Source of the DNA: Alkalispirochaeta sp.
GTDB taxonomy: Bacteria; Spirochaetota; Spirochaetia; DSM-27196; Alkalispirochaetaceae
Direction of reading: 5' to 3'
DNA: 64,000 nt
NCBI GenBank assembly: GCA_965242725.1
Contig: CBDESZ010000020.1
Location: 45,602-109,601 of the forward strand
Position 1 is the stretch's first letter; every line of letters begins with the position of its first letter. The notes under the pieces were generated by a model that was given only the letters and a program-made list of their open reading frames with translations, made no database searches and was not told the origin of the DNA. This document shows positions 19,568-30,824 of the stretch, in pieces. A program made the translations under genes and the position numbers.

Positions 19568-19590
19568 CTATATCAAATATAATGATATAG
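19568..19590. promoter_or_regulatory. palindromic operator upstream of the sugar-binding protein gene
   Basis: CTATATCA-N7-TGATATAG; related site TGAATCA-N7-TGATATA at 19372-19392. Confidence 0.55.
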
Positions 19591-19608
19591 ACCAAAAGGA
19601 GTAATTCC

Positions 19609-20919
19609 ATGAAGCGATTCAGTACGTTATTCTTTGTCGTTCTTCTTGTGGCCACATTGGCCGTCCCGGCGGTGTATGCCGGAGGACAGGGAGAGACTGC
19701 TGCCGACGGCGTTACCGAGTTGGAGTTGTGGACATTCCAGGAACTTCACATTGAGTTTTACGAACAGATGGCGCAGCGCTGGAACGAAGCCAACCCGGAC
19801 AGACAGATTGAACTTGTCGCGACTGCCTATCCCTATGACGACATGCACAATCAATTGCTTGTTGCCCTGCAGTCAGGTGTCGGAGCTCCCGATATCGTCG
19901 ACATAGAAATCTCCCGGTTTCCGAATTATCTGCGGGGTACTCCGCAGCTCGTTTCGATAAATGATGTGGTAGAACCGATCATGGAGGACTTCGTTCAGGC
20001 CCGCTTTGAAATTTATGCCAAAGATGGGACCTATTACGGAATGCCCTTTCATGTCGGTGCCACCGTCATGTATTACAACACGGAAATTCTCGGGCAGGCC
20101 GGCGTCGACGTTGATACCATAGAAACGTGGGACGATTACATCGCGGCGGGACGCGCCGTCCGCGAACGGGTTGGGGTACCGATGACAACCGTTGAGGTGA
20201 CCGAACAGTGGACCTTCTGGCCCCTCATTTCACAACGGGGATCGGGTCTTGTCGATGAGAATGGCGCGGTCATCCTGGACAACGATATCAACGTCGATAC
20301 CCTGGAGTTTCTCCATAGCCTGATCTATGAACATGAAATTGCAATTCCGACCCCGGGGGGATTCCACCATTCCGAAGAGTATTACGGCTTTATGAACGAC
20401 GGTGGGGCGGCGAGCATTCTCATGCCCTTCTGGTATATGGGACGGTTTACCGACTACATGCCCGACCTGAAGGGTAGGATCGCGGTCCGTCCCCTTCCAC
20501 GATTTTCGCCCGGCGGCAACCGGTCAGCAGGTATGGGCGGTACGGGAACCGTTATCACCCGGCAAAGCGAGCATATCGAACTGGCGAAAGATTTTCTTTC
20601 CTTCGCCAAATTGTCCGAAGAGGGCAACATTTACCTCTGGGAACTCATGGGCTTCGATCCTCCCCGGTGGAGCGTCTGGGACGATCCGGCGCTTCAAAGG
20701 GAAAACAAGTTTACCAATTACTTCACCAACGGTACCGCGATATTCGAAGAGGTATTAAAGGTACGAAATGAGATCAATCCCGTGTACATGTCACCGCAGG
20801 TACCCGATATCATCGGAATCATACAATCCGAAGTGATGTACCAGGCCCTCAATGATCAGAGCAAGAGTCCCCGTCGGGCCCTTGAAGACGCCGCCGATAG
20901 TATACGGGCGATGCAATAG
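19609..20919 (+). CDS. carbohydrate ABC transporter substrate-binding protein (AraN-like)
   Basis: Signal peptide; LWTFQELH, GVGAPDIVDIE, SAGMGGTGT; clustered with GH51. Confidence 0.9.
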   Translation: MKRFSTLFFVVLLVATLAVPAVYAGGQGETAADGVTELELWTFQELHIEFYEQMAQRWNEANPDRQIELVATAYPYDDMHNQLLVALQSGVGAPDIVDIEISRFPNYLRGTPQLVSINDVVEPIMEDFVQARFEIYAKDGTYYGMPFHVGATVMYYNTEILGQAGVDVDTIETWDDYIAAGRAVRERVGVPMTTVEVTEQWTFWPLISQRGSGLVDENGAVILDNDINVDTLEFLHSLIYEHEIAIPTPGGFHHSEEYYGFMNDGGAASILMPFWYMGRFTDYMPDLKGRIAVRPLPRFSPGGNRSAGMGGTGTVITRQSEHIELAKDFLSFAKLSEEGNIYLWELMGFDPPRWSVWDDPALQRENKFTNYFTNGTAIFEEVLKVRNEINPVYMSPQVPDIIGIIQSEVMYQALNDQSKSPRRALEDAADSIRAMQ

Positions 20920-21014
20920 ACTGAAGGAAACGGCGGAGCCCACGTATCGTGTACGACACAGCGCGTATGCATGCGTGGGCGTTTTCTTCAGCGGCACGCC
21001 ACAGGAGCCTGTTA

Positions 21015-21902
21015 ATGAAACGGACCGGCAGTTATCCTTCATATGTACCCTATATCTTCATCGCGCCGTTCCTGGTTTCACTGGCGGTCTTCTTTTTCTA
21101 TCCGATCATCATGACGATCATCATGAGCTTTCAGGAGATCGTCCCGGGAGAGACAACCTTTGTCGGCCTGCGCAACTATCAGCGCCTGAGGAACCCCCAA
21201 TTCGGGACGGCCATCAAAAACAGCCTCATCTATACCGCATTAACCATCGCAATACTGATCCCCGTACCGATGGTACTGGCGACACTTTTGAACAGCATAC
21301 CGAAACGATCAAGTAATGTACTTCGGGCGATGCTCTTTGTGCCGGCGCTTCTCTCGGTGGTCGTGGTGGGAACCCTTTTCAGACTGATATTTTCTTCAAG
21401 CGATGTCGCCCTGGCAAACGCCCTTTCCGGTATCCTTGGATTTGAACCTCAGACGTGGTTATTGGGAGGGGCGAGCCACTCCATGGCGCTTCTCGTACTC
21501 ATTGCGACATGGCGGTGGACGGGTATTAATATCGTGTACTTTCTCTCGGGGCTGCAGCAGGTTCCGGACGAGCTTTATGAATCGGCCGAAATCGACGGGG
21601 CGGGGCCGTTGCAGAAATTCTGGGGAATTACCGTTCCCCTCCTGCGGCCGACAACGATTTTTGTTACCGCCATCAGCATCTTCGGCGGGCTTGCGATGTT
21701 TGAGGAAAGCTTCATCCTCTGGACGCAGGGATCGCCCAACAATACGGGGCTGACGATCGTCAGGTACATATACCGACGCGGATTTGAAGCGGGCGAGCTG
21801 GGATTCGGTTCTGCCGTCGGTATTGTCCTCCTTGCCCTCGTGGTGATTATCAGCGCTCTCTTTCTCACGTCTGCGGGATTCTTCCGTCGGGAGGAGGCGT
21901 AG
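21015..21902 (+). CDS. carbohydrate ABC transporter permease (AraP-like)
   Basis: YIFIAPF, FVGLRNY, WRWTG, ELYESAEIDGA EAA loop. Confidence 0.92.
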   Translation: MKRTGSYPSYVPYIFIAPFLVSLAVFFFYPIIMTIIMSFQEIVPGETTFVGLRNYQRLRNPQFGTAIKNSLIYTALTIAILIPVPMVLATLLNSIPKRSSNVLRAMLFVPALLSVVVVGTLFRLIFSSSDVALANALSGILGFEPQTWLLGGASHSMALLVLIATWRWTGINIVYFLSGLQQVPDELYESAEIDGAGPLQKFWGITVPLLRPTTIFVTAISIFGGLAMFEESFILWTQGSPNNTGLTIVRYIYRRGFEAGELGFGSAVGIVLLALVVIISALFLTSAGFFRREEA

Positions 21903-21904
21903 CG

Positions 21905-22753
21905 ATGACTTCAATCGACCGTTCTTCTACCGGCAGATTTCTGAGTATCACGGCTCTCATACTTGTCGCCTTTATTTTTCTCGTTCCCGTCTACGCACTG
22001 GCCCTCGCCGCATTTCGTCCCGGCCAGGAACTCCTGCGTTACGGAATTACCTTTCAGACCCTCGTACCGACGGACCTCATTCCAGACAACGTTATAAACC
22101 TGATTTCGGCGCGCCGCGGCGCATATCTTCACTGGTTCCGGAACAGCGTTGTCATCATGGTGCTGAGGACCGGGTTGTCCGTATTCGTCTCCTCGTTTGT
22201 AGGGTACGGGCTGGGGGTGTATCGATTCAGGGGGCGCAACCTCGTTCTCTCCCTCGTTCTGCTGCTGATGGTCGTACCGATTCAGATTCTGATTCTTCCC
22301 TTGTACCGCCTTATCATCACGCTGCGTATCATTAACACGATCTGGGGCGTTATTTTGCCCTTTATCGTCTATCCCTTCGCAATATTCTTTTTTCGGCAAT
22401 TTGCACTTACCTTGCCGAAAGATTTTCTCGATGCCGGACGAATCGACGGAGTCGGTGAATTCGGAATCTATTTTCGTATCATGATGCCCCTTATGGCGCC
22501 CGCATTTGGCGCAATGACGATTCTCATCTCGCTGCAGAGCTGGAACGATTTCCTTTGGCCCCTCATCGTTATGCGTACGGAAACGATGTTCACCATTCCC
22601 ATCGGACTCAATGCATTGCTGACACCCTACGGGAACAACTACGACATGCTGCTCTCGGGGGCGTTCGTCGCGACGCTGCCGATAATCGTCGTCTTTCTGT
22701 TCTTCCAGAAGTATTTCATCTCCGGGCTCAGTGCCGGTGCGATAAAAGGATAG
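21905..22753 (+). CDS. carbohydrate ABC transporter permease (AraQ-like)
   Basis: WFRNS, DAGRIDG, WNDFLWPL, FQKYFISGL..GAIKG. Confidence 0.92.
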   Translation: MTSIDRSSTGRFLSITALILVAFIFLVPVYALALAAFRPGQELLRYGITFQTLVPTDLIPDNVINLISARRGAYLHWFRNSVVIMVLRTGLSVFVSSFVGYGLGVYRFRGRNLVLSLVLLLMVVPIQILILPLYRLIITLRIINTIWGVILPFIVYPFAIFFFRQFALTLPKDFLDAGRIDGVGEFGIYFRIMMPLMAPAFGAMTILISLQSWNDFLWPLIVMRTETMFTIPIGLNALLTPYGNNYDMLLSGAFVATLPIIVVFLFFQKYFISGLSAGAIKG

Positions 22754-22776
22754 ATACGATCAATACCAATGGATAG

Positions 22777-24324
<1,548 letters not shown>

Positions 24325-24434
24325 GAGAATAGGAAGAGAAGCCGCCGAATGACGCAGCGTGCTCATGAGACATACCACTTGAGCGGTACTGGGGAGATCC
24401 CGTAGACACTCCTGTTTTGGATAGTGGAACAAAA

Positions 24435-24506
24435 AGCCAAGCGTCGGAGTCGAACCGACGACCTGCTCATTACGAGTGAGCTGCTCTGCCTCTGAGCTAG
24501 CTTGGC
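24435..24506 (-). tRNA. tRNA-Thr(CGT)
   Basis: Reverse strand GCCAAGC..TAGCTCAG..CTCGTAA..GGTTCGACTCC..GCTTGGC-T folds as a cloverleaf; CCA not encoded. Confidence 0.95.
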
Positions 24507-24585
24507 GTGTGAGGCGACATCCTACCGAAAAAGGAACAGAATGTGAAGCCCTCAACCCTCGCTTCCACATGCCGATATTATCACC

Positions 24586-25452
24586 ATGGTGCGAGGAGTA
24601 TTTACCGCAGCGAGCGGTATGGTTGCACAGCAACATCGCCTGGACGCGATATCAAACAATCTTGCCAATGCAAATACGGTCGGCTACAAACGGGACGTCT
24701 CCGTCCATAAAGCGTTTCCGGAGCTTCTGTTGCGTCGACTCAACGACAACGGCGTCATTTCCTTTCCCTACCGGAACGAACCGGTGGGCAGTATCGACAA
24801 GGCGCCGGTTGCGGGTCGGCTGGGAACCGGGGTGGAACAGAATGAAGTCTTCACCATCTTTGAGCAGGGGGCGGTACGACAGACGGAAAGCCCCTTTGAT
24901 GTCGCCCTGGAGGGGGAAGGGTTCTTTGTCGTCGATACACCGTACGGTGAGCGATATACGCGCAACGGTAATTTTACCATCGGTCCGGAAAGTCTTCTCG
25001 TCACGCAGCAGGGATATCCCGTTCTCGGCAGCGACGGAAATCCGATTGAAATCAAACTGAACAACTTTGTCATCGACGAGGATGGACGAATCTTTGCGAA
25101 TGAACGCTTCCTCGACGATCCGGACCGTCTTGTCCAGATGATGGAAAACGAATGGGACGAGACGATAGAGGTTGGTCGGCTCCGCCTGGTGGGTATGGAC
25201 GAAACGCGATACCTCCGCAAGGAGGGGGCAAATCTCTGGAATACCACGCGGGAGAGCGGGGAAGCGATGGACCTCATCGATGAAGGCAGGCCCGCCGTGC
25301 TTCAGGGATTTCTTGAAGAGGCCAACGTCAACCCTGTGACGGAAATGACACAAATGATCGAGGTCAATCGCGCGTATGAGGCGAACCAGAAAGTGGTGCA
25401 AAGCCAGGATCAGAGCACCGCGCGCCTGATCAGTGAAGTACTACGGATATAA
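24586..25452 (+). CDS. flgF: flagellar basal-body rod protein (FlgF/FlhO-like)
   Basis: AASGM..ISNNLANANTVGYK, YTRNGNF, LEEANVN..MIEVNRAYE. Confidence 0.85.
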   Translation: MVRGVFTAASGMVAQQHRLDAISNNLANANTVGYKRDVSVHKAFPELLLRRLNDNGVISFPYRNEPVGSIDKAPVAGRLGTGVEQNEVFTIFEQGAVRQTESPFDVALEGEGFFVVDTPYGERYTRNGNFTIGPESLLVTQQGYPVLGSDGNPIEIKLNNFVIDEDGRIFANERFLDDPDRLVQMMENEWDETIEVGRLRLVGMDETRYLRKEGANLWNTTRESGEAMDLIDEGRPAVLQGFLEEANVNPVTEMTQMIEVNRAYEANQKVVQSQDQSTARLISEVLRI

Positions 25453-25468
25453 CGAGGAGTAACGAACC

Positions 25469-26263
25469 ATGATGAGATCGCTGTGGACCGCCGCGTCGGG
25501 AATGATCGGACAACAATACAATATCGATACCGTCTCGAATAACCTTTCCAACGTGAATACGACGGGTTTCAAGCGGAATCGGGCGGACTTTGAGGACCTC
25601 CTTTACCAGACGACCCGTACCGCCGGTACGCCGGCAACGGAGCGTACCCTTGTTCCAACGCCGGTACAGGTAGGACACGGCGTCAAGGTGGCCGGTTCTT
25701 CCAAGCTGTTTCAACAGGGAAGTCTCCAGAATACCGGCAATGTCAGCGATATCGCCATTGAAGGTGAAGGCTTTTTTCGCGCCCTCGATTACGACGGTTC
25801 CTACGTCTATACCAGGGACGGAGCGTTTCAAATCGACTCCGACGGACAGCTGGTGACCAACAACGGATTGCGGGTTGCACCTGAAATCATTATGCCTCCC
25901 GATTTTATTCGTGAAACCGTAACGGTCACTGAGGACGGACGGGTATTCACCCAGGTTCCCGGACTGGAAGACCCGATCCAGGTCGGTCAGATCCAGCTGT
26001 ATCGCTTTGTGAATCCCGCCGGACTGAATGCGACGGGACAGAACCTCTTCCGTCAGACGGCGGCAAGCGGAGAAGCGATCGGCGGTACACCTGGCGTTGA
26101 GGGAATGGGTCGTACCCGGCAAAAGTTTCTGGAAATGTCCAACGTCTCCGTGGTGAGCGAGATGGTCAATATGATTGTCGCTCAGCGGGCGTATGAAATG
26201 AACAGTCGGGCGATACAGACAAGCGACACCATGCTGGGTATTGCCAACGGACTGAAGCGGTAA
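25469..26263 (+). CDS. flgG: flagellar basal-body rod protein FlgG
   Basis: MMRSLWTAASGM, NNLSNVNTTGFK, FEDLLYQ, LEMSNV..MIVAQRAYE. Confidence 0.95.
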   Translation: MMRSLWTAASGMIGQQYNIDTVSNNLSNVNTTGFKRNRADFEDLLYQTTRTAGTPATERTLVPTPVQVGHGVKVAGSSKLFQQGSLQNTGNVSDIAIEGEGFFRALDYDGSYVYTRDGAFQIDSDGQLVTNNGLRVAPEIIMPPDFIRETVTVTEDGRVFTQVPGLEDPIQVGQIQLYRFVNPAGLNATGQNLFRQTAASGEAIGGTPGVEGMGRTRQKFLEMSNVSVVSEMVNMIVAQRAYEMNSRAIQTSDTMLGIANGLKR

Positions 26264-26325
26264 GACAAACATGATACCCCGCGGCGGGATGCACAGTAGC
26301 CGTCGCGGGATGAAAGGGTAGTCAC

Positions 26326-26640
26326 ATGGACGGATCGATAGGAATTTCAAACGGTTCCGCCAACCTGGCGCAGCTGCAGTTACAGAACCTCCGGTATGAG
26401 CTTCCCCGGGGCGCCGATGAAGATCGTCTCCGTACAGTTGCCGAAGACTTTGAGGCGATTTTCGTCAAGCAGATGCTGGAGAGTATGCGCGGCACCCTCA
26501 ACCCCGACAACAGGCTTGTAGATACCGGCATGGCCGGCGAGATTTATGAGGATATGCTCTACGACGAGTACGCCCAGGTCATGACCAAAAGCGGCGGGTT
26601 TGGATTGGCCGATATGATTGTGAAACAGTATCGACCGTGA
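26326..26640 (+). CDS. flgJ: rod-binding protein (short FlgJ, no hydrolase domain)
   Basis: LRTVAEDFEAIFVKQML..MR, YEDMLYDEYA, GFGLADM. Confidence 0.85.
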   Translation: MDGSIGISNGSANLAQLQLQNLRYELPRGADEDRLRTVAEDFEAIFVKQMLESMRGTLNPDNRLVDTGMAGEIYEDMLYDEYAQVMTKSGGFGLADMIVKQYRP

Positions 26641-26676
26641 TATGTTCCCTCTATGAGGTGGTCTTGTTATCGCCTC

Positions 26677-26727
26677 TGTATGATAATTTGTACACCATAC
26701 GGCTGTGATTGTATAAAAAAGAATACA
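26677..26727. promoter_or_regulatory. tandem candidate upstream activator sequences
   Basis: Two TGTA-N10-TACA palindromes (26677-26694, 26710-26727) upstream of the -24/-12 element. Confidence 0.55.
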
Positions 26728-26812
26728 TTCTGATTATCCCCTTCCGCGCCCCCAGGTCATAAGTCCTGATATTAAAAGTAATTATAGTCAATATACCGCG
26801 TAAACGACCTCT

Positions 26813-26828
26813 TGGCACGGCTATTGCT
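26813..26828 (+). promoter_or_regulatory. sigma54 (-24/-12) promoter
   Basis: TGGCAC-GGCTA-TTGCT: canonical GG-N10-GC, ~20 nt upstream of the GGAGG-preceded ATG at 26850. Confidence 0.85.
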
Positions 26829-26849
26829 TCATTGTATGTGGAGGATAGT

Positions 26850-27695
26850 ATGGCTGAGAAAAGAATTGCGAAAAGTGCCAGGACCGATGCATTGCAGGCG
26901 TACTATGACCAGATACGACGCAGCCCCCTGCTCACCGCCGAGGACGAGCGGGAGTTGTCCATTCGTATTCAGCGAGGCGAGAGCGAAGCACGGACGCGTC
27001 TTGTGGAGTGCAATCTCAGGCTGGTGGTAAAGATCGCAAAGGCCTATATGAACCCCGATATTTCGCTTCTCGACTTGATCCAGGACGGTAACCTCGGCCT
27101 TCTCAAGGCGGCTGCCCGCTTTGACTACCGAAAAAACGTGCGTTTCAGCACCTACGCGGCGTGGTGGATCAAACAGGCAATTACCCGTTCGCTCGCCAAT
27201 CGGCGTCGGACGATCCGTCTTCCCCATCGCAAGGAAGGAGCACTCAAGCGAATACAGAGGGCCTATAATTTCCTCAGCCAGAAACTCATGCGTTCACCCT
27301 CGATAGAGGAAATCGCCGACGAGGTGAACATGAATGCCGAGGATGTGGCGGAAATCATGCACATGGCGATTACACCGGTCTCCCTCGATACCGAAATCAA
27401 TGAGGAGTCGGGGACGATCATGGATTTAATCGAGGACAACTCGTATGCCCCCGATCTCTTTGTCATGGAAAAAATGCTCAGGGATGAAGCTCGGGCAAGT
27501 CTCAAAGTACTGAAAGACCGGGAGCAGCGTGTCCTGCGGTACCGCTTTGCCCTGGACGGAGGAGAACGGTACACACTGAAAAAAGTTTCCGACACGATGG
27601 GGATATCCCCTGAAACGGTCCGTCAAATCGAAATGCGGGCAATTAAGAAGCTTCGCCGGGACGCCGATCATTTGAAGGAGATGATGGCAAACTGA
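26850..27695 (+). CDS. alternative sigma-70 family factor (RpoS-like, lacks region 1.1)
   Basis: NLRLVVKIAK, DLIQDGNLGL, RFSTYAAWWIKQ, RTIRLP, ETVRQIE..AIKKL. Confidence 0.9.
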   Translation: MAEKRIAKSARTDALQAYYDQIRRSPLLTAEDERELSIRIQRGESEARTRLVECNLRLVVKIAKAYMNPDISLLDLIQDGNLGLLKAAARFDYRKNVRFSTYAAWWIKQAITRSLANRRRTIRLPHRKEGALKRIQRAYNFLSQKLMRSPSIEEIADEVNMNAEDVAEIMHMAITPVSLDTEINEESGTIMDLIEDNSYAPDLFVMEKMLRDEARASLKVLKDREQRVLRYRFALDGGERYTLKKVSDTMGISPETVRQIEMRAIKKLRRDADHLKEMMAN

Positions 27696-27708
27696 CCGGC
27701 GGAGGACC

Positions 27709-28656
27709 ATGAAACGAATTTTCTACATTTTGATTCTTTCTCTCGTGCTCGCTTCCGCTGTGTCGGCAATTGCATTCCTTGTCTATCCCGACGCGGCGGT
27801 GAACGGTGACGTACGTGAGGAAGGCGATAGCGCCGGCGTTGAACCCGTTGAAAACGAGAAGGGAAGGAACGAACAGCCGGGGGCGGAGTCTGCGGTACCT
27901 CTGGGGCGACGGGACGATGAAACGCGGGAGCCCGCTGTACCCGAGGATGACCGGGAAGGGAAAAAACTCTACCTGATACTTGACGATGGTGGTCACAGCA
28001 TCGACCAATTACGCCGGTTTACCCCTTTCCCCGGCGTATTCACCGTCGCGGTTCTCCCCGGACTTGCCGACAGTGTGGAGGTGGCGAGAATGACCGTCGC
28101 CCTCGGACATGAGCTCATCCTGCACCAGCCGATGGAGGCGCAGGGAGGCAACGACCCGGGGCCGGGTGCAATCTATACGGTGCAACGGGACCATCAAATA
28201 CGGCGCGTTCTGCGCAGAAATCTCGCCCAGTTTCCCGACGCGATTGGAGTCAATAACCATATGGGCAGCAAGGCGACGCAAGACAGGCGGGTCATGGAAG
28301 CGGTCATATCGGCACTGACCATACGGGACCTCTTCTTTCTTGACAGCAGAACGACGGCGGAAAGCGTCGTGGATGGGGTCAACACATCCCACCTCCGACC
28401 TCCTCTCCGCCGGGACGTCTTTCTCGACAACGTGAGAACCGAAGAGGCGATATCGAAGCAGCTCGATCTGGCCCTTCGACTCGCAGATCGTCGAGGGCAT
28501 GCCGTCATGATCGGGCACGTCACCTCCGGGGAGCTTGCCCGGGTGCTTCTCTCCCGATACGATGAAATAACGGCGGCGGGGTATGAGTTTTTCCCCATCA
28601 GCGATCTGGCCGTCGGAGAGGAAGCACGCCTGGCTCATGAGGATACTGGGAATTGA
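27709..28656 (+). CDS. divergent polysaccharide deacetylase family protein
   Basis: N-terminal TM; ILDDGG, HQPME, NNHMGS, FLDSRT, RDVFLDN, IGH. Confidence 0.9.
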   Translation: MKRIFYILILSLVLASAVSAIAFLVYPDAAVNGDVREEGDSAGVEPVENEKGRNEQPGAESAVPLGRRDDETREPAVPEDDREGKKLYLILDDGGHSIDQLRRFTPFPGVFTVAVLPGLADSVEVARMTVALGHELILHQPMEAQGGNDPGPGAIYTVQRDHQIRRVLRRNLAQFPDAIGVNNHMGSKATQDRRVMEAVISALTIRDLFFLDSRTTAESVVDGVNTSHLRPPLRRDVFLDNVRTEEAISKQLDLALRLADRRGHAVMIGHVTSGELARVLLSRYDEITAAGYEFFPISDLAVGEEARLAHEDTGN

Positions 28657-29680
28657 AAGCTCCTGTGACGAGACCTCCGCGTCGATCGTCCGGGACGGAA
28701 CGACGATAGAATCGCTTATCATCGCATCACAGACGGAAATTCACGCTCGATATCACGGGGTGGTGCCGGAAGTTGCCTCCCGGGCACATGTGGAGCAGAT
28801 ACTCCCAGTGGTGACAGCCGCCATTGATGAGGCCGGCGGTATCCCTCCCGACGGCGTGGCGGTGAGCAACCGTCCGGGCCTGAGCGGCGCTCTTGCGGTA
28901 GGTGTCTCCTTTGCCAAGACGTACGCCTGGGCGACGGGGCTTCCCTTTGTCGCCGTTGACCATATGCACGCCCACGCCTACGCCGCATTTCTTGATGCAG
29001 AACCGGATACCGGAACCGAAGGTAAACGGCAACCGTTGACCTATCCCTACATCGTGCTTCTCGTTTCCGGAGGACACACGATGATCGGCGTGAGTCGCGG
29101 GCCCAGGGAGCTTGATGTGCTGGGGACGACTATCGACGACGCCTGTGGCGAGGCCTACGACAAGGTGAGCGCCTTTATCGGAACGGGGTATCCCGGCGGT
29201 CCCGTTATTGACCGTCTGGCGGCGGACGGTGATCCACGGGCGTGTGATTTTCCCCGTCCACGACTGAACCGCGCAAATGACCGGTACGATCTCTCCTATT
29301 CCGGTCTGAAGACGGCGGTGGTTCATCAGCTCGACCGCTTCTGGGACTCCGCGTATCCCCGGACACGGGAGAATCTCGCCGCCGCATTTCAGCACACCGC
29401 CATCGGCATGGTTGTCGATCGGGTGGTGAATGCAATGGACGATACCGGAATCAACACGGTTGTCGCCGGCGGCGGAGTTGCGTCAAACAGTGAGTTGCGC
29501 CGCCGTCTCTACCGTCTGAAGGACGAGCGGGGCGCACAGGTGGTGATTCCGCCGCCCAGACTGTGTGTCGACAACGGTGCGATGGTTGCCGGATTGGGGT
29601 ACCAACTCCTCACCGCAGGCGAGAGAACGGACTGGGATGTGGGTGTCTACGCCCGGGTACCTGCATTTCGCGGGCGCTGA
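28637..29680 (+). CDS. tsaD: tRNA threonylcarbamoyltransferase subunit TsaD
   Basis: ILGIESSCDET, GVVPEVASRAH, HMHAH, VSGGHT, DDACGEAYDK, DNGAMV. Confidence 0.95.
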   Translation: MRILGIESSCDETSASIVRDGTTIESLIIASQTEIHARYHGVVPEVASRAHVEQILPVVTAAIDEAGGIPPDGVAVSNRPGLSGALAVGVSFAKTYAWATGLPFVAVDHMHAHAYAAFLDAEPDTGTEGKRQPLTYPYIVLLVSGGHTMIGVSRGPRELDVLGTTIDDACGEAYDKVSAFIGTGYPGGPVIDRLAADGDPRACDFPRPRLNRANDRYDLSYSGLKTAVVHQLDRFWDSAYPRTRENLAAAFQHTAIGMVVDRVVNAMDDTGINTVVAGGGVASNSELRRRLYRLKDERGAQVVIPPPRLCVDNGAMVAGLGYQLLTAGERTDWDVGVYARVPAFRGR

Positions 29681-29689
29681 CACAAACGT

Positions 29690-30679
29690 TCAGCTGCGAC
29701 CACCGTGGGGTGCGGTAAAATCCTCGGCAAGTTCCTGCAGATCCTCGTCATCGGGATAGAGCCTGGGCGTCTCCGGCACCGGCTCCTCGATGAGCCGCCC
29801 GGCGCACTGACTGACGGCCAGGGAGAACTGGCTCTGCGGGTAGGTAAGTAGCGTTGGTGAACGTTCCAGAGCGCTTCGCGACGCAAGTTCGTCCTGAGGA
29901 AAATATGCGATAAACTCAACATCGCTCCTGAGATTGTTCCGTACGACCTGGCGCAGTCTGCCGCCGAGACGGATATCCTGGGGGTTGCGTCCCATGTTCA
30001 TGATGATCCGCGGACGAAAGCCGTCAAGTGCCTCACGGGCCGTCTGCCCGCTCTCAGGATTGATGTCGTAGATCCGGGATACCAGGGTGTTCATCGTTGC
30101 ATCCTGTCCTTCCACCTTTTCCTGCATGAAATCGAGGACGCATCGCCGCTCGTCGCTCTTGCCGGGGAAGGTGCGATGCAGGAGACGCAGCATCGCCGCC
30201 TTGAGAAAGGCGTAGGCGTTGAGAATGGCCGTCGTATCCGGGGTGGTGACGACGAGCCCGGACCGGGAGGTGAGAAAAAAATCGAGGGTGTTGTAGGTCG
30301 TACCCGAACCGAGGTCTATGAGGACGAAATCGGCGGTGAGGTTGTCCAATTCCTTCAGAATCGCCAGTTTACGCCAGTAGGGGAGGTTGGCGGTACCGCT
30401 GAAGAGGCTGTCGCCGGCGATGAAAAAGAGGCGGTCCTGGGTAGTGGGTACGACCAGCTGTTCCAGGGATTCAACCTTCCTGTTGATGAAATGACCGATG
30501 CCTTCGTGACGGTTGCGGATTCCCAGCACCGTATGGAGGTTGCTTCCCCCCAGATCGAGATCCACGAGAATCACCGTCTTGTTCTGCTGCGCCAGAGATA
30601 TGCCGAGATTTGCGGTGACCAGCGTTTTGCCCACGCCGCCCTTGCCGCTTGCCACAGGTATCCGGTATTGCATCGCCAT
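29690..30679 (-). CDS. MinD/FlhG-like P-loop ATPase
   Basis: Deviant Walker A SGKGGVGKT, DLDLGGSNL, IDLGSG, VTTPD..NAY. Confidence 0.88.
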   Translation of the reverse strand: MAMQYRIPVASGKGGVGKTLVTANLGISLAQQNKTVILVDLDLGGSNLHTVLGIRNRHEGIGHFINRKVESLEQLVVPTTQDRLFFIAGDSLFSGTANLPYWRKLAILKELDNLTADFVLIDLGSGTTYNTLDFFLTSRSGLVVTTPDTTAILNAYAFLKAAMLRLLHRTFPGKSDERRCVLDFMQEKVEGQDATMNTLVSRIYDINPESGQTAREALDGFRPRIIMNMGRNPQDIRLGGRLRQVVRNNLRSDVEFIAYFPQDELASRSALERSPTLLTYPQSQFSLAVSQCAGRLIEEPVPETPRLYPDDEDLQELAEDFTAPHGGRS

Positions 30680-30824
30680 GTACTATATGCCCTCCGGCGG
30701 GGAGATGCAAAGGGCGGCGGGTCGACGACGGGTGGCGGAGAGGTATCGCAAAACGTGGCTGCGACGGAAATGACGGGTTCGTCGATATTGACCTCCCGGG
30801 AAATCCGTCGGATACTCACACCCG

